This document shows positions 26,001 through 39,803 of a stretch of 64,000 bases of DNA, piece by piece. The stretch's first letter is position 1. Each line of letters starts with the position of its first letter. The notes under the pieces were generated by a model. The model did no database searches. It had not been told where the DNA came from and worked only from the letters and a program-made list of their open reading frames with translations. The stretch spans positions 23,624,001-23,688,000 of the forward strand of contig NC_058369.1 in the NCBI RefSeq assembly GCF_018350175.1. Reading direction: 5' to 3'. Made by a program: the position numbers and the translations under genes. The stretch is from Felis catus (lineage: Eukaryota).

Positions 26001-28093
26001 TCCACAGTGACAACGTTAAGAGCAAAATCAGTATTGTCCCCAGTCAATGAAGGCTTGATCCTGAAGAATCAAGCAACTGACAGGAGTCCTTACTGGCAGT
26101 GATAAGCCTGGCTCTGACTTTCCAGAACTGCCCTAAACAGGACACCTGTCCTCTCTAAAGACCTCCAAAGTCTTGTCCATTTCAGAATGTTTTCCTCTAT
26201 GGATGCCTTCAAAAGTTACCCTAGGATACCTATTACAAGTTTCGGCATTCTCTATCAGTTTTGAGACCCATATTCTTTCCTTATTTTTTTGGATAAGAAC
26301 AATCTTTCAAGTAATTACTTGACACATACTGTATCTATTCCAAACACAGCAAATAAAGAAAAATGGGACAAGGATCAGCAGAACTTTACTGCTGTTTTAT
26401 GTCTTTTCTGGCAGTTACAAACAAACCAGCAAGTCACTTAGGATAACCTACTTGGCTTACAAGTTTCATGGTAGCATAAACCATTCATTTGAGTTGGTTC
26501 TGATTAATACCCTTTAACACCAGAAGGGTACTATCGTGCCGTGGAGAGCAGCCTGAAGAAGTCCTCCCATGTCTGACAAAAAAGGGTGGGAAGAAGGGAC
26601 AGGGACTAACATGCTACTGGGCCGTCAGGCTTGTCTTCCCCTCATGGGGGAAAATCATTTTCTGGTGGTCAAATTGGGTAGAGTGTGGAACTGTTATCGA
26701 TATTATGATAAAATTATATTCTTTGGTGCAAGCATGAAGCCTGTAATTGTTGATTTCATCCTCTGATGTGGCCAATTACGGATACATATATTGGTAATAA
26801 CTCAGCTGGGCTCTTGGCATTACCTAGCAAAGAGTTGGCTGGAAGTACTCGGGTGTCTATTAGGAAAGTAGGATAAGCATAAAGTGGTGGGTCATGTGAT
26901 CCATCAAGGCTGTAATTGCATCACCACGCAGAGTCTGTTTCTCTTAGTCCATCTATTGTCTCTGTGTCTAAAATGGAAAAGATCCCATCTTCATCTAGAG
27001 AATGACAGGGCTTGAAATGGTCAGACCCAGGATTTCTTCCAATGGGGGAACATTACTCAACACTTTTAAGTGTTTTAAGTGGGACCACATGACCACATTT
27101 GAGTCAGAGCCTCTGAGCTGAAGAGGAATTCATTGGAAGACAGGAAAATATTCGGAATGTAGTCCAGAGATAAAAAGATGCCCAGTAAGCTCAGATGGGT
27201 AAGACACATAGAAGATGCATAAGGCTTAACACAAATCTAATCCAAGTTCTGGAAGGTGATAAAAGAACAGAATGGAAGTCTTATCAAAGAGATAACGTTA
27301 CCCGTTTTCAGATTTAGGATTCAGCACAGAGGCATCATAGTGAAACTGCCGAAAACTGAAGAAAACAAAACAATCTTAAAAGCAAGAGATGATATAACAC
27401 AGATCGCCCATAAAGAACTAGTTTTTGGAACAGCTGCTGACTTCTCACCCCCAAGTGTGCCCAGAAGAACGGAGCATCTTCAGGGGGCTGAGAGAAGTTC
27501 CTGTCAGCCCAGAGATCAATGCCCAGTGAAACTCTCAACAACGATGTTAAAATAAAAACACAAACAAAAACTGAGTATCCACAAAAAAGTAACCTACAAA
27601 ATAGCTTTAAAACTTTAATTCTAATGGATGTATGTTAGACACAAGAAAAATTATTCCAGACGAAAAGCTGACGTAAGTAGTAAAAAGTGAGCAAAGGCGT
27701 TGGGAAATATGTGGGCTAATCTAATGATTGTATACAGTGATAATGCAAATACCAAATGGGATGGGGAAAACAAAAAATAATAGCTGAAATAATAATACTG
27801 ACCTATAAGAGTAACAGAACTCCAGCTGACACAGTAATTATGGATAATAACAGTTGGAAGGAGTGTGATCTGGGAGCAAAATTATCCTAAGTTTTGAAGA
27901 TTATTCTGGAGGATGTGAAATATGTTAACTAAATGTGAACTTTATTAAGTAAAGTACACTTATTTAAACTGCTAGTATAACTACTAAAACAATAAGCAAA
28001 GAACATACATCCACCAAAGAGGGAGCAGGGAAAAATGGAATAAGAAAATAAAATCCAAAAAAGACAGAAAAGGGGGAAAAGAATCAAAGGAAG

Positions 28094-28321
28094 GGGGCAC
28101 CTGGGTGGCCCAGTGGGGTAAGCACCAGACTTCAGCTCAGGTCATGATCTCATGGTTCATGGGTTCGAGCCCCACGTTGGACTCTATGCTCACAGCTCAG
28201 AGCCTGGAGCCTGCTTCAGATTCTGTGTCTCCCTCTCTCTCTCTCTGCCCCTCCCCCGCTCATGCTCTTTCTCTCTCTCAAAAATAAATAAACATTAAAA
28301 AAATTAAAAAAATAAAAAATA
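28094..28321 (+). mobile_element. Can-SINE (SINEC_Fc-like)
   Basis: ggggcacctgggtggc head, A-tail; TSD aaaagaatcaaaggaag / aaaaggatcagaggaag. Confidence 0.95.
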
Positions 28322-28834
28322 AAAAGGATCAGAGGAAGCAGGACAAACCCAAAGCACATGACAAGTTACAAGAAATAAAGTTAAATATATCAGCATTCAC
28401 AATGAATATAAATGGATTAATATCTTCAGATAAAAGACAAAAACTTCCAGTCAGAGTTGGAATTGAAAAAGTTCAAATGTATGCTGCACATAAAAACAAA
28501 AATTAACAGACCTGTAGGAAACAAATCCACCAGTATAACAGCAATTGTTTCAATACACCTCTCTCAATAATGACACATGAAGTAGATCAAGAAGTCATTA
28601 CAAACTGAAAAGGTCAAATAAAAAATTCTGATTCTGTGCATTACAAAGAACAGGAGCCTAACAATTAGAGAAGACCCACACCCCTCAAGTGTAAAAACTG
28701 GTCACATATTATGTCTTAGAGCTGACCTTGGAAAATACAGAAACATGGCATCTCCCGTGCCATGTTCTCTGACCAATACGCACTTAAGTGAGAAAATGTG
28801 GGGGTTGAAAAAAATATATAGAAAAACTGCATAT

Positions 28835-29046
28835 GGGACACCTAGGAGGCTTAGTTGGATAAGCGACTGACTCTTGATTTCGGCTCAGGTCATGATCTCC
28901 CAGTTCATGCAATTGAGCCCCATGTCAGGCTCTGTGCTGACAGTGTGGAACCTACTTGGGATTCTCTCTCCCCCCCGTCTCTCTGCCCCTTCCCTGCTCA
29001 TGTGTGCACACTCTCTCTCAAAATAAATAAACTTTTTTTTAAAAAA
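28835..29046 (+). mobile_element. Older Can-SINE
   Basis: Diverged head, ctcttgatttcggctcaggtcatgat, (CT)n, aaaataaataaa. Confidence 0.92.
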
Positions 29047-29636
29047 AGCTTCATATAATTGAATTTAAAAAAAAATAACTAATGTGTCACAGAAAAATAA
29101 TAATGGAAATTAGAAAATACTTAAACATGGGTGAGGCAACTAAAACAATATTACAGGGGAATTATACTTTCAATATTCCATTATAAAGTAAGTTATAAGC
29201 TCCAAATTAATGAACTAAGCATCTAATGGACAATTAGGAGGGAAAATATCAGGATAAAAACAAAGAAAATAGAAGGAAAGCAATAATAAAGATAAAAACA
29301 AATATTAATAAATTTAAAAACAACACCAAGAGTAAAGATCAAAAAACCCAGAAGTTGGGGTTCTGAAATGACTAACAGAAAATTATTGTCAATATTAATA
29401 TAGGTAATTAATACACATAAGATGCAAATAAAATTAGGAGTGAAAGAAAAGACAGTAGTAGAGATGCTACAGATATTAATAGTTAATAATAAGTTATTAT
29501 TTTATGGACAACTTCATACTAATAAACTCAAAAATTTCGGTAGAATGGATAAATTCCTAGAAAAATCCCTATCAAAATTGACTCAAGAAAGAAGAGAAAG
29601 TAGAAATAATCCTATAATTATTTTAAAAATTAATCA

Positions 29637-30168
29637 GAGGATACAAAAATGCTTATTTGAAGGGGCATATGTACCCTGATATTTATTGCAGTGCTGTCAA
29701 CAATAGTCAAATAACGTAAAGAACCCAAATGTCCATTGACTGATGAATGGATATACACAATGGAATATTACTTGGCAATCAAAAAGAATGAGATCTTTGC
29801 AACAACAGGGATGAAACTAGAATGTATTGTGTTAAGTGAAATAAGTCAGAGAAAGATAAATATCACATGATTTCACTCACATGTGGAATTTAAAATATAA
29901 AACAGATGAACATAGGGGAAGGGAAGGAAAAATAAGATAAAAACAGAGAGGCAAACCTAAGAGACTCTTAAATACACAGAACAAACTGAGGGTTGATGGA
30001 GGGGGGTGGGTGGGGGGATGGGCTAAATGAGTGATGGGCATTAAGAAGGGTACTTGCTGAGATGAACATTGGGTGTTAAATGTAAGTGATGAATCACTAA
30101 ATTCTATTCCTGAAACCATTATTATACTGTATGTTAAATAAGTTGGATTTAGTTAAAATAAAAAATAA
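29637..30168 (+). mobile_element. Carnivore L1 3' end nested in older L1
   Basis: End of ORF2 plus the carnivore 3'UTR (gaacaaactgagggttgatggag, gatgaatcactaaattctattcctgaaacc), A-tail. Confidence 0.9.
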
Positions 30169-30200
30169 ATGTATAAAAATGAAAAAAAGTTATATCAAAA

Positions 30201-30450
30201 GGGTGCCTGGGTGACTCAGTCGGTTAAGTACCCAATTCTTGATTTCAACTCAGTTCATGATCCCAGCATCTTAGGATCAAGCCCCATATCAAAACCTGCT
30301 TGGGACTTTCTCTCTCTCTCTCTTTCTCTCTCTCTCTTGCTCTCTCTCTCTCTCTCTCTCTCTGCCCCTTTCCTCTGCTCACACACTCTATCTTTATAAA
30401 ATATAATTTTTTTAATTTTGAAAAAAATTAAAAAATAATAAAAGTAAAAA
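30201..30450 (+). mobile_element. Older Can-SINE with internal deletion
   Basis: gggtgcctgggtgactcagtcggttaag head, expanded (CT)n; TSD-like ttatatcaaaa / ttatatccaaa. Confidence 0.9.
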
Positions 30451-31041
30451 ATTATATCCAAAATTTCATTGTTATAAAAAAAGAAAACGCTGGATTCTGA
30501 TGGCTCTATAGGCATGTTTTACCAAACAGATAGGAAGAGATAATTCCAAATTTATACAAACTCTTCCAGAGCATTATTTTTATTAGGCCAACCTAACCTT
30601 GATCGCAAATAAGACAGGGACAATATAACAGGCCAATTTCACTCATGAGCATCAATGAAAAATGTAAATAAAACACTAGCAAATCAAATTCACAAGTACA
30701 TGAAAACATTACAACATTATTACCAATTTGGGTTTGGTCAAGAAATATAACTTTAGTTTATACAGAAATAAATGAATGCAAGTCATCATATGAACAAATT
30801 AGGAAAAAAAAATCCCACAAGATTATATAGTAAATGCAAAAAAAAAAAAGGCTTTCCATAAAATTCAACTCAGTCGAATGAACCATAACTACCAGAAATA
30901 AGATTCTTTAGTGATGAAAGTTGAGAGTATTCCACCTAGAAATACTTTTAGAAATATAGAAGAATAACTTTATTACTTCAGTAAGAAAAGCATTTTTAAA
31001 ATAAGACGTAATAAGCACAAACCATAAAATTTTGACAATTT

Positions 31042-31230
31042 GTGTTAAGTTCATTTATTTTTGAGAGAACAAGCACAGTGGGGGAAGGGCAGAGAGAGGA
31101 GGGACAGGGGATCCGAAGCCGGTTCTGCCTTGACAGCAGTGAGCCCCACACAGGGCTCAAACTCAGGAACCATGAGATCATGATCCGAGCTGAAGTTGGA
31201 TGCTCAAATGACTGAGCCACCCAGGCACCC
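31042..31230 (-). mobile_element. Can-SINE
   Basis: SINE body; TSD-like aaattttgacaattt / aaattttgaaaattt. Confidence 0.92.
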
Positions 31231-31492
31231 AGAAATTTTGAAAATTTAAAACTAGAAATCTTTTTCATAAAAAACAAGAAACTGGGGAAAGACTTTTGCA
31301 ACCTGTAACCAACAGAGAATTAGTATCAAGGATAAGGAATTCCTATAAGTCAGTGATAAAAAGTCATTACTCAATAGAAAAAAATCCATAAACAACATTT
31401 AATAAGGAAGACATAAATAGACCATATACATATTAAAAGCTGATCCGTCTCTATTAGCAGCTGTATAAATGTGAATTAAAACCACATTGAGA

Positions 31493-31945
31493 ATATCACT
31501 CAGCCATAAGAAAGATGAGATCTTGCCATCTGTGACAATATGGATGGACCTAAAGGGTATTGTGCTAAGTAAAGTAAGTCAGTCAGAGAAAGAGCGCATA
31601 TAATTTCATTTATATGTGGAATCTAAAAAACAAAACAAACAAAAACAGATTCTTAAATACAGAGAACCGGCAGTTGCTAGAATGGAGGTGGACAGGTGGG
31701 GATGGGTGAAATCGATAAAGGGGATTAAGAGGTACAAACTTCCAGGTGTAAAACAGGTAAGTCATGAAGACGAAAAGAACAGCACAGAAGATAGTGTTAA
31801 TATCATAATAACATTGTATGATGGCACATGGTGACTACACTTATCATGGTGAGCACTGAGTAATGCAAAGAACTGTCCAGTTAATATGCTGCATACCTGA
31901 AACTAATATAACATCATATGTTAACTATACCTCAATAGAAAAATG
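31493..31945 (+). mobile_element. L1 3' end (L1MA9/L1_Carn-like) nested in older L1
   Basis: atggatggacctaaagggtattgtgctaagt ... gaggtacaaacttcc ... tacctgaaactaatataaca. Confidence 0.85.
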
Positions 31946-33498
31946 AATCAATTAACATACACACTGAGATGTAATTTTGGACTGGGAATGATTAAAAAGT
32001 CTGACAGTACTTGAGGTAGGCAAGGATGTGGGGCTACGGAGCTTGTCATTACAACCTGGATTGGAACAGCTGCTTTGAAAAGCACCGTGATGTCACTCAG
32101 TGAAGGTGACTGTGCACAAGCACCAAGCCCCAGAAATTCCAGCCACAGGTTGGAAAACTCTTGTAAGGAACTCTCCCACAGAAAACTCTTACAAACGTGT
32201 GCCAGGGAACATATGCAAAAATGATAGGGCAAGATTATTCACATTAGTGAAAAACTGGACACTAGCTAAATGTCCATCGACAGTAGGATGGATAGATAAT
32301 TGTGGTACGTTTAGACAATGGATGGTCTCTGACACTTAAACTCTTGCGTGATGTATAGAGGCACAATCAGGGAAATAGCAGGAGAGAGCGTGGAAGGTAC
32401 CGGAAGTATTTGTTAGTTTGTTGTTTTTAATTAATGGTGGTGGTAGTTACCTGACATTGATTTCATTATTCTTCTTTAACTGGGCATACATATTTTATAA
32501 ACTTTTGTATCTATGACATTTTATAATCAAAAGAGCATTTAATAAAATTAGTCTTTTTTTCAACTTTAGAAAGGCTCTAAAAAGAAGCAAGATATTTTGT
32601 ATTGTGTGTTAAATGTTTTAAGTCAACCAGTAGTACTGTGTTCTTTGAAAAAATGCTATAATTTCCAACAAAATAAAGAACAGCATAGGGATATCGTTAC
32701 CATTATGTGATATTCTTTATGCTATATAGCCAAAGCAACTTAATGAAAACATTAAATAAAAAGTGAATGCATTACAAACAAAGAGCATAGCTATTATTTT
32801 TTAGAGGTTATTTTTTTAACATGGAAAACCCAAGAGTATCATTTAAAAAATAAAAACGAATAAAACCAGAAAGAGAATTGGGTAAATTACTCTCAGCCAA
32901 AATAAATAATAAATATATGAGAATAAAGGTTATGCAACAACTTATTTTGAAAATACCAGGAAAATATTAGATTCAAAAAAAAATACCTTAAGAACATAAG
33001 ATACCTTGAGATAAACAAGACATCTTTAGGACCTACCTAAATAAAATAGTAAAATGTTACTGGGGTACAAAATAAAGACAAATAAATTAAGAGAGAGAGA
33101 GAGATGCCATAGATACCCTTTGGATGGAAGACATGATACTACATCAATTTTTTTCAAGACCAGCCCATAAAATAAATACCATCTCATTACTTTGGGACTT
33201 GATAAAATTGTTCTAAAATTAGTCTGAAGAATAATCAGTGAAAATTGCAAGAAAAATATTTTTAAAAAGAAGAAGAATCCTATAGCAGAGATTTCTCAAA
33301 CTCCTGGATATTAAGATATAAAGCTTCAGTGACTAAAACAATACATTTATTCAGGTACAAGGATATCACACCAGGATGTTTGCTGGAGTGCTTTTGATAT
33401 AAAATGGGAGCAATCTCATGTCTGTGGACATGCGCCCATTTATTAAATTATGTGGCAGTAAGTACAGTGAAATAAAAACTTACATAAAAGCTCATCTA

Positions 33499-33714
33499 GG
33501 CGTGCCTGGGTGGCTCAGTTGGTGGAGCGTCCGACTTCGGCTCAAGGTCATGATCTCACAGCTCGTGAGTTTGAGCCCTGCGTCCAGCTCTGTGCTGACA
33601 GCTCAGAGCCTGGAGCCTGCTTCGGATTCTGTGTCTCTCTCTCTCTCTGCCCCTAACCCACTCGCATCCTGTCTCTGTCTCCCTCAAAAATAAATAAACA
33701 TTAAAAAAAAATTT
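33499..33714 (+). mobile_element. Can-SINE (SINEC_Fc-like)
   Basis: Full body; TSD aaagctcatcta at 33487-33498 and 33715-33726. Confidence 0.95.
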
Positions 33715-35400
33715 AAAGCTCATCTACATCTAGATACTTGTCATTAAACTGCAGAACTCCAAAAACAATGAGAAAAATCTTAAAAGCAGGTAGGCACAAG
33801 TCTGTATTATGAACCAAAAGACGGCCCTTTAACTGGCAGGAAACTTCTCAAAAACAACAGTACAGGTCAGAAAAAAATTGAATAATATACCAAAAATAGT
33901 GAGCAAAAATAAACAGCCTAGAATTTTCCCCTGACTAAATTACCATTTAACAGTGAGAGCAAAGGATAAAATAAATGGACTTCCATACAAAGCCTGCAAG
34001 AATTTGCCCCTGAAAGTCCCTTTCTGTAAGAACTATCAAAGAATGTAAGACAGAAAGAAGGGGTCTGAACCCCCTGGGTGAGAGCAGGAGGAGACAGACA
34101 ATGAATGGCGAGCAAACAGAAAATCTAAAGCAAGACCTGGGTACAAAAATGATCATTACTAATTTTGCAGCATAAAAAGGGTGAGACACAAACATCAGAT
34201 TACAATAATATATAATTAAAGGGGTAATGAGAGCTAAAACGTTACATATACCTCAATTTTAAGTTAAGCAAACTCATTAAAAATATTTTATGGAGCCTTT
34301 AAAAAAGAGAAAAGGAACACATAACATGCAAGCCAATGAAGGGATAAAAGGAGAATTGTAAAGAAATCAAACAATTCGCCCCCCCCCCAAAAAAAAAGGA
34401 AAGGAGGGAAAAACAGAAGGAATAAACAAGGTGAAGAAATACCCAAACATGCATAAGTCTTGCTTCTGTGTAGAAGGATGTGGATGAAGCATTTCTCTCG
34501 GTTAACAAGAAAGCACCAAAGTTTTTCAGTCATGTTATTCTAAGGAGCTAGTAAAAGCAGTTAGAAGCCTTGGATAACTGAATTACAGAGAGAAAAGAGG
34601 CTTAGAAAGTGGGGAGAGCTTCAGCTTCAGTTTGAGTGCAGATGGACAGGATCATCGTAAACAGAGATAATATGTGCAGATAAGAAGAAATCAGCAAAAT
34701 CTGCATGGACCAGCAGGCTGGATCCTAACGCAGAACAAATGATTCACTGCAAGAACTCTCGCCCCTCTCCCACACCCTTGAATTGTGCCAAGAAAGCGTA
34801 GATACAGGAGGGAGAAGAGAATATGGTTCAACAGTCTTACTGGAGTTGAAATCCAAAACAAAAATATGTGAAACTATAGCCCAACCTCCTCCTCTCTCAA
34901 AACTAACAAAATGAGAGAGGGAGTGATTGATAACAATGAGAAGGACATTTTCCCTCTCGGCTTTTTCTCCCCCAAGTTCAAATCCAGTCATGAGAAAAAC
35001 ATCAAACGAATCCCAAAGGAGGGATATTCCACCAAATACCTGACCAGTACTCCTCAAAATTATCAGCATCGTAACAACAGGGAAAGTCTGAGAAACTGCC
35101 TTAGACCATAGGAGACACGGGAGACACCATGACTCAGTGTCACATGGGATCTCAGATGGGATCCTGGATCTGAAGAAGGATGTTAGTGGGAAAACTGGTG
35201 CCGTGTGAATAAAGTTTAGTTCATAGTAACGTACCAAGGCTGGCTTCTCGGTTGTGACAGGTGTAACAGTAATGTAAAATATTCCTAAACAGGAAAGCTG
35301 GACAAGGGATGTGCTAGAGATCTTTGTACTGTCCTTCCAACTTTACTGTGAATCTAAAACTATTATACAATAAAAAGGCTATTTTTTAAAAAAGAAACAT

Positions 35401-35618
35401 GGGGCGCCGGGATGGCTCAGTTGGTTAAGCGGCCGACTTCGGCTCAGGTCATGATCTCGCGGTCCGTGAGTTCGAGCCCCGCATCGGGCTCTGTGCTGAC
35501 AGCTCAGAGCCTGGAGCCCGTTTCAGATTCTGTGTCTCCCTCTCTCTGACCCTCCCCCATTCATGCTCTGTCTCTCTGTGTCTCAAAAATAAATAAACAT
35601 GAAAAAAAATTTTATAAA
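35401..35618 (+). mobile_element. SINEC_Fc copy
   Basis: ggggcgcc head, CpG-retaining body, A-tail; TSD-like aaaaaagaaaca. Confidence 0.95.
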
Positions 35619-36152
35619 AAAAAAGAAACAAAAAACAACCATTTACAAAGTACAAAACACTTATGAAAAAAATTAACAGAAGATAAGCAAAACTGGCATA
35701 CTGAAAACAAAAAAAGTACAGCTCACAAACTTTTTTAAAGCATCTCACTAAATGGAGGGATATGCCATATTCATGGATTGTAAATCTTCATATAGTTAAA
35801 ATGTGATTTCTCTGCTGAATAGATCAATTGATTTGATGTAATCCCAATCTAAACCCAGCATGCTTTTTTGTTTTTTGTATAAATTGATAGGCTGGTTCTA
35901 AAATGTAAAGGAATAGCCAAAACCACTCTGATAAAAAGGAATAAAGTTGGAGGACTTATACTGCCTGATTTCAAGACCTACTAGTAAGTAAGAGCAATCA
36001 AGATAGTGTGATGAGGGCATGTTTACACAGACATGGAAACAGAACAGAAATACACACATATACATGGCACATTGATTTACCCCAAAGGAGTCAAACTGAA
36101 TCATGGAGTAAAGAGGGTGGTCTTTTCAACAAATGGTGTTGAAATAACTGGA

Positions 36153-36195
<43 letters not shown>
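36153..36195. repeat. (TATC)n tetranucleotide STR
   Basis: About 10 perfect TATC units inside L1. Confidence 0.95.
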
Positions 36196-36763
36196 ATTTT
36201 TTAATAGCATCTGGCCCTACATCATACCACAAACAAGAATTAATTCACAATAGCTCACAGACTTAAATGTAATAAATACAACCATAAAACTTAATTTAGG
36301 AAACATTTTTACAAGTTTAGGATAGGTAAAGATTTCTTTGTGAGAAAAAAATGAATCATGAGAAAAACTGATAAAATGGAGTTTGTAAAAATCAAAACCA
36401 TCTGCTCTTTAAAAGTTATCAGTGAGAAAAGTAAAAAATAGACTACATACTGGGGGAAAATATTCACAATGTATATACATCTATCACAGCATTTGTATCC
36501 AAAACAAATAGAACATAACAACCTTCAATAATAGTAACATAATGGATCCAATAAAAATGGGTAAAAAATTTAAACACATAATTTATAAATGTATAAAAAC
36601 ACATAATTTATACAAATGGCCAATTAGGACATAAATCAATATCCTAAGTCGTTAACATTGTGTGTCAACTACACTCAAATAATTTTTTAAAAATCCATAG
36701 TCATTACAGAAATTCAAATTAAAACCACAATGAGATACCCACTCCAGAATGGCTAAAATGTTT

Positions 36764-36981
36764 TAAATTTTTTTTCATGTTTATTTATTTTTGAGAGAGA
36801 GACAGAGACAGAGCATGAGCAGGAGAGGGCAGAGAGAAAGTGAGACAGAGTCCGAAGCAAGCTCCAGGCTCTGAGCTGTCAGCACAGAGCCCAATATACA
36901 GGGCTCGGACCCACGGACCATGAGATCATGACCTGCGCTGAAGTCGGACACTCAACCGACTGAGCCACCCAGGTGCCCCGT
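36764..36981 (-). mobile_element. Can-SINE (SINEC_Fc-like)
   Basis: Perfect 17 bp TSD gaatggctaaaatgttt (36747-36763, 36982-36998). Confidence 0.96.
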
Positions 36982-38519
36982 GAATGGCTAAAATGTTTCA
37001 AATTGACAATACCCACTCCCCAACAATGTGAAGCAGCTAGAGCTGCCCACGGCAATGTAAAATGACCAAACAGCTTTGAAAAACAGTTGGGCAGTCATTT
37101 ATAAAGGGACGTATCCATTTATCATATGACCCAGAAATTCTACTCCTAGATAGCGACCTGAGAGAAATGAAGACACATCCATAAAAAGATCTGTAAACAA
37201 ATTCACAAAGAGGCTTCATTCAAAGAAGCCAAAATGTGGAAGCAAATCCACTATGTATCAGCAAGAGAATGAGCTGTTATATATTCAACCAATGAACTGT
37301 TACTGCTTATCAAGAAAAAGGATCAAACTTCGATGCATGCGACCATGTGCATAGATTTCAAAAATACTACTTTTTGCAAAAGAAGTAAAGACAAAAAAAG
37401 TACATACTGTAGGATTCCATGCATGTGACCTTATCTGTGAGACAGAAATGAGAACAGCGGTCACCTCTAGAAGGAGAAGGAGGGACTACACAGGAGAATG
37501 AAGAAACTTTCTAGGGTTCTGGAACTATTCTAGATCTTGATTTGAAGTGTAGATGACATGGGTGTTTAGATTTGTTAAAACTCACCTGTCTCCAGATGTT
37601 GTAAGCCAGTAAGCCATCATCTGGGATCCGTGAGCATCTTTTAAGCCCCTACAGAGTGCAGATAGTAACCTGTGCCCCAGGGTGGGGGAAGGAACTCTTG
37701 TAGTCTGCCCTCAGGTATCCTCTCATCTTGCTGAGAGGCTGAACTACCCACTTAGTCAAGAAGCAGAGCACTCAAGGCATGGGGAGCATCAACTGGGAAG
37801 AGGCAGGCAGAGAGAGAGCTAGAACAGGGATACAATTCCCCCAGGTGCCCTATGCAGCCTTATTTTCAGAGACTGCCATTTGTAGCAAGGGCCTCCCCAA
37901 GCTGCTTCCCGGCAACCCCTACACATCCTAATGTCCCTGAAGATCACTCACAGGCTCCCAGCTGACTCACACCTTTCTTTGATCTTCTAAGTGAAGGCAG
38001 CCTTCAAGTTCAAGGAACACAAAAGACTTCCACAGGTGTTAACTCACCCAATTGCTCTATGAAGATATCACCCAGGCCCATCATGGCAGGAAGCTAACAG
38101 GAAAGTGCTGGATGTGGGGCCTTACAGTTTGGAAGCTCAATATATACTTTTCTGAGGTGCTCTGCTGAGAGATTTATGTGACTCAGTCTCCACTCCCAGC
38201 AAGATACTGCAGCGGGAAGGCTGCATGGGCACCAAATGCTTGAGACACGATTTATCATTCATGGCCTCAATTCCTTAAATCTTGTAGTTGTCAAATGGTG
38301 CTTGTGAGATTTCTCTCTCTCTGCCCTTATTCCTATTCCTTCCTGGTAGAAAGATGGGGACAGTTTGTGAGGGCAAAGCTGGGTTTCAGGATACCATATA
38401 GGAATGGGTCATCGGCATAAAAATTCACTGCCAGTCCTGACACGTAATTGGTCTGGTTCCGAAATTGCAAACAAAGACCTCAAACAAAGCTCAGCAAACC
38501 CCCAGCTGAACAACCAGAA

Positions 38520-38855
38520 CCTAAATAGTGTCCTAGTGCTATAACAGAAGACCGCAGACTGGGTGGCCTCTAAACGACAGAAATGTATTTCACAGTTCTG
38601 GAGTCTGGAAGTCTGAGGTCAGGGCACAGTCGGGTGAGGGTCCCCTTCTAGATCACAGACTTCCTGCAGTACCCTCACAGGGCAGAGGGCTGGAGAGATC
38701 TCTCTGGGTCCTCCTTCATAAGGGCACTGGTCCCATTTATGAGGGCTCATGATCTAAGCACCTCCCAAAGGGTCCCTCCCCTAATACCATCCCCTTAGGG
38801 CTTAGGTTTTTGACATAGGTATTTTCAGGGAACACAAACATTCAGACCATAGCAG
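38520..38855 (-). mobile_element. MaLR solo LTR (MLT1A-like)
   Basis: cagactgggtggc...cacagttctggagtctggaagtctgaggtca...acacaaacattcagaccatagca. Confidence 0.88.
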
Positions 38856-39567
38856 CGGGGACCTTCTGATGCTTCCTTTCAAATCTCCAGTCCTATGAAT
38901 GCACACATTGGACTAATATTCTGCTTGCATTCCCTTATTCCACAACTATTTACAGAGGGCCACACACTGGTCCAGGTGCTATGGATACAACACTGGACAA
39001 ATTAGTTAGCAATCCCGGCTCTCACAGAGGGCACGTGCTAATGAGGAAACAAATGAACACAGCACCTTTGGACTATAAGAAATGCAGAAGTGGGGACATG
39101 GTGAAGGGATTTGGTGTGACTTCATGGGGAGTGAGACCCCGTAGCCAGGGAAGCTGGGGAGTCCAAAGATGCTCTTGGTCCAAGCACACGAAGGCATGTC
39201 CCATTTTCTTTTGTTACCAGTCTTCCTTACTGCACCACCGGGAACCCCAGCTCTCAGAGCTTTATATTCCTGTATCTTAACATAAGATTCTTGGTTCATA
39301 AAGAGCAGGCTTCTACTAGTGTTTAGGAACACGAAACTTGTATCTCTTTTAATTGCTCATTCACACAACACCTTATACAGGTCGCACGAGGTACTGGCCA
39401 TGAGGGGATATGAGCCCTCCTGCTACCTCACCTGAGGAAAAGAGTACATAAAATGCTAAAAGAAGTCAACCCACTATCCTCCACTTGCAACACTGGAAGA
39501 AGACAGCCCTTCCCTCAAGCCTCTTTACTTCCTCTTGTCTAAAAATTGTCACGATAACTCCATGTTT

Positions 39568-39803
39568 GTTTGTTTTTTAATTTTTTTTTCAGCGTTTTTA
39601 TTTTTATTTTTGGGACAGAGAGAGACAGAGCATGAACAGGGGAGGGGCAGAGAGAGAGGGAGACACAGAATCGGAAACAGGCTCCAGGCTCCAGGCTCCA
39701 AGCCATCAGCCCAGAGCCTGACGCGGGGCTCGAACTCACGGACCGCGAGATCGTGACCTGGCTGAAGTCGAACGCTTAACCGACTGCGCCACCCAGGCGC
39801 CCC
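39568..39803 (-). mobile_element. Young SINEC_Fc copy
   Basis: Perfect 17 bp TSD acgataactccatgttt (39551-39567, 39804-39820), intact CpGs, one extra ggctcca unit. Confidence 0.97.

Larger units (their letters stand above)
27110..37590 (+). mobile_element. Composite cluster of decayed L1M elements (ORF1-like, ORF2-like and several 3' ends) with nested younger insertions
   Basis: A-rich L1 sense-strand motifs throughout (aatgaatataaatggatta, tagaatggataaattcctagaa, gttggaggacttatactgcctgatttcaagac, aaaccacaatgagatac); no intact ORF. Confidence 0.85.

Noticed and set aside
34725..35237. 170 aa minus-strand ORF
   Set aside because: Overlaps an antisense L1MC-like 3' region; spurious.
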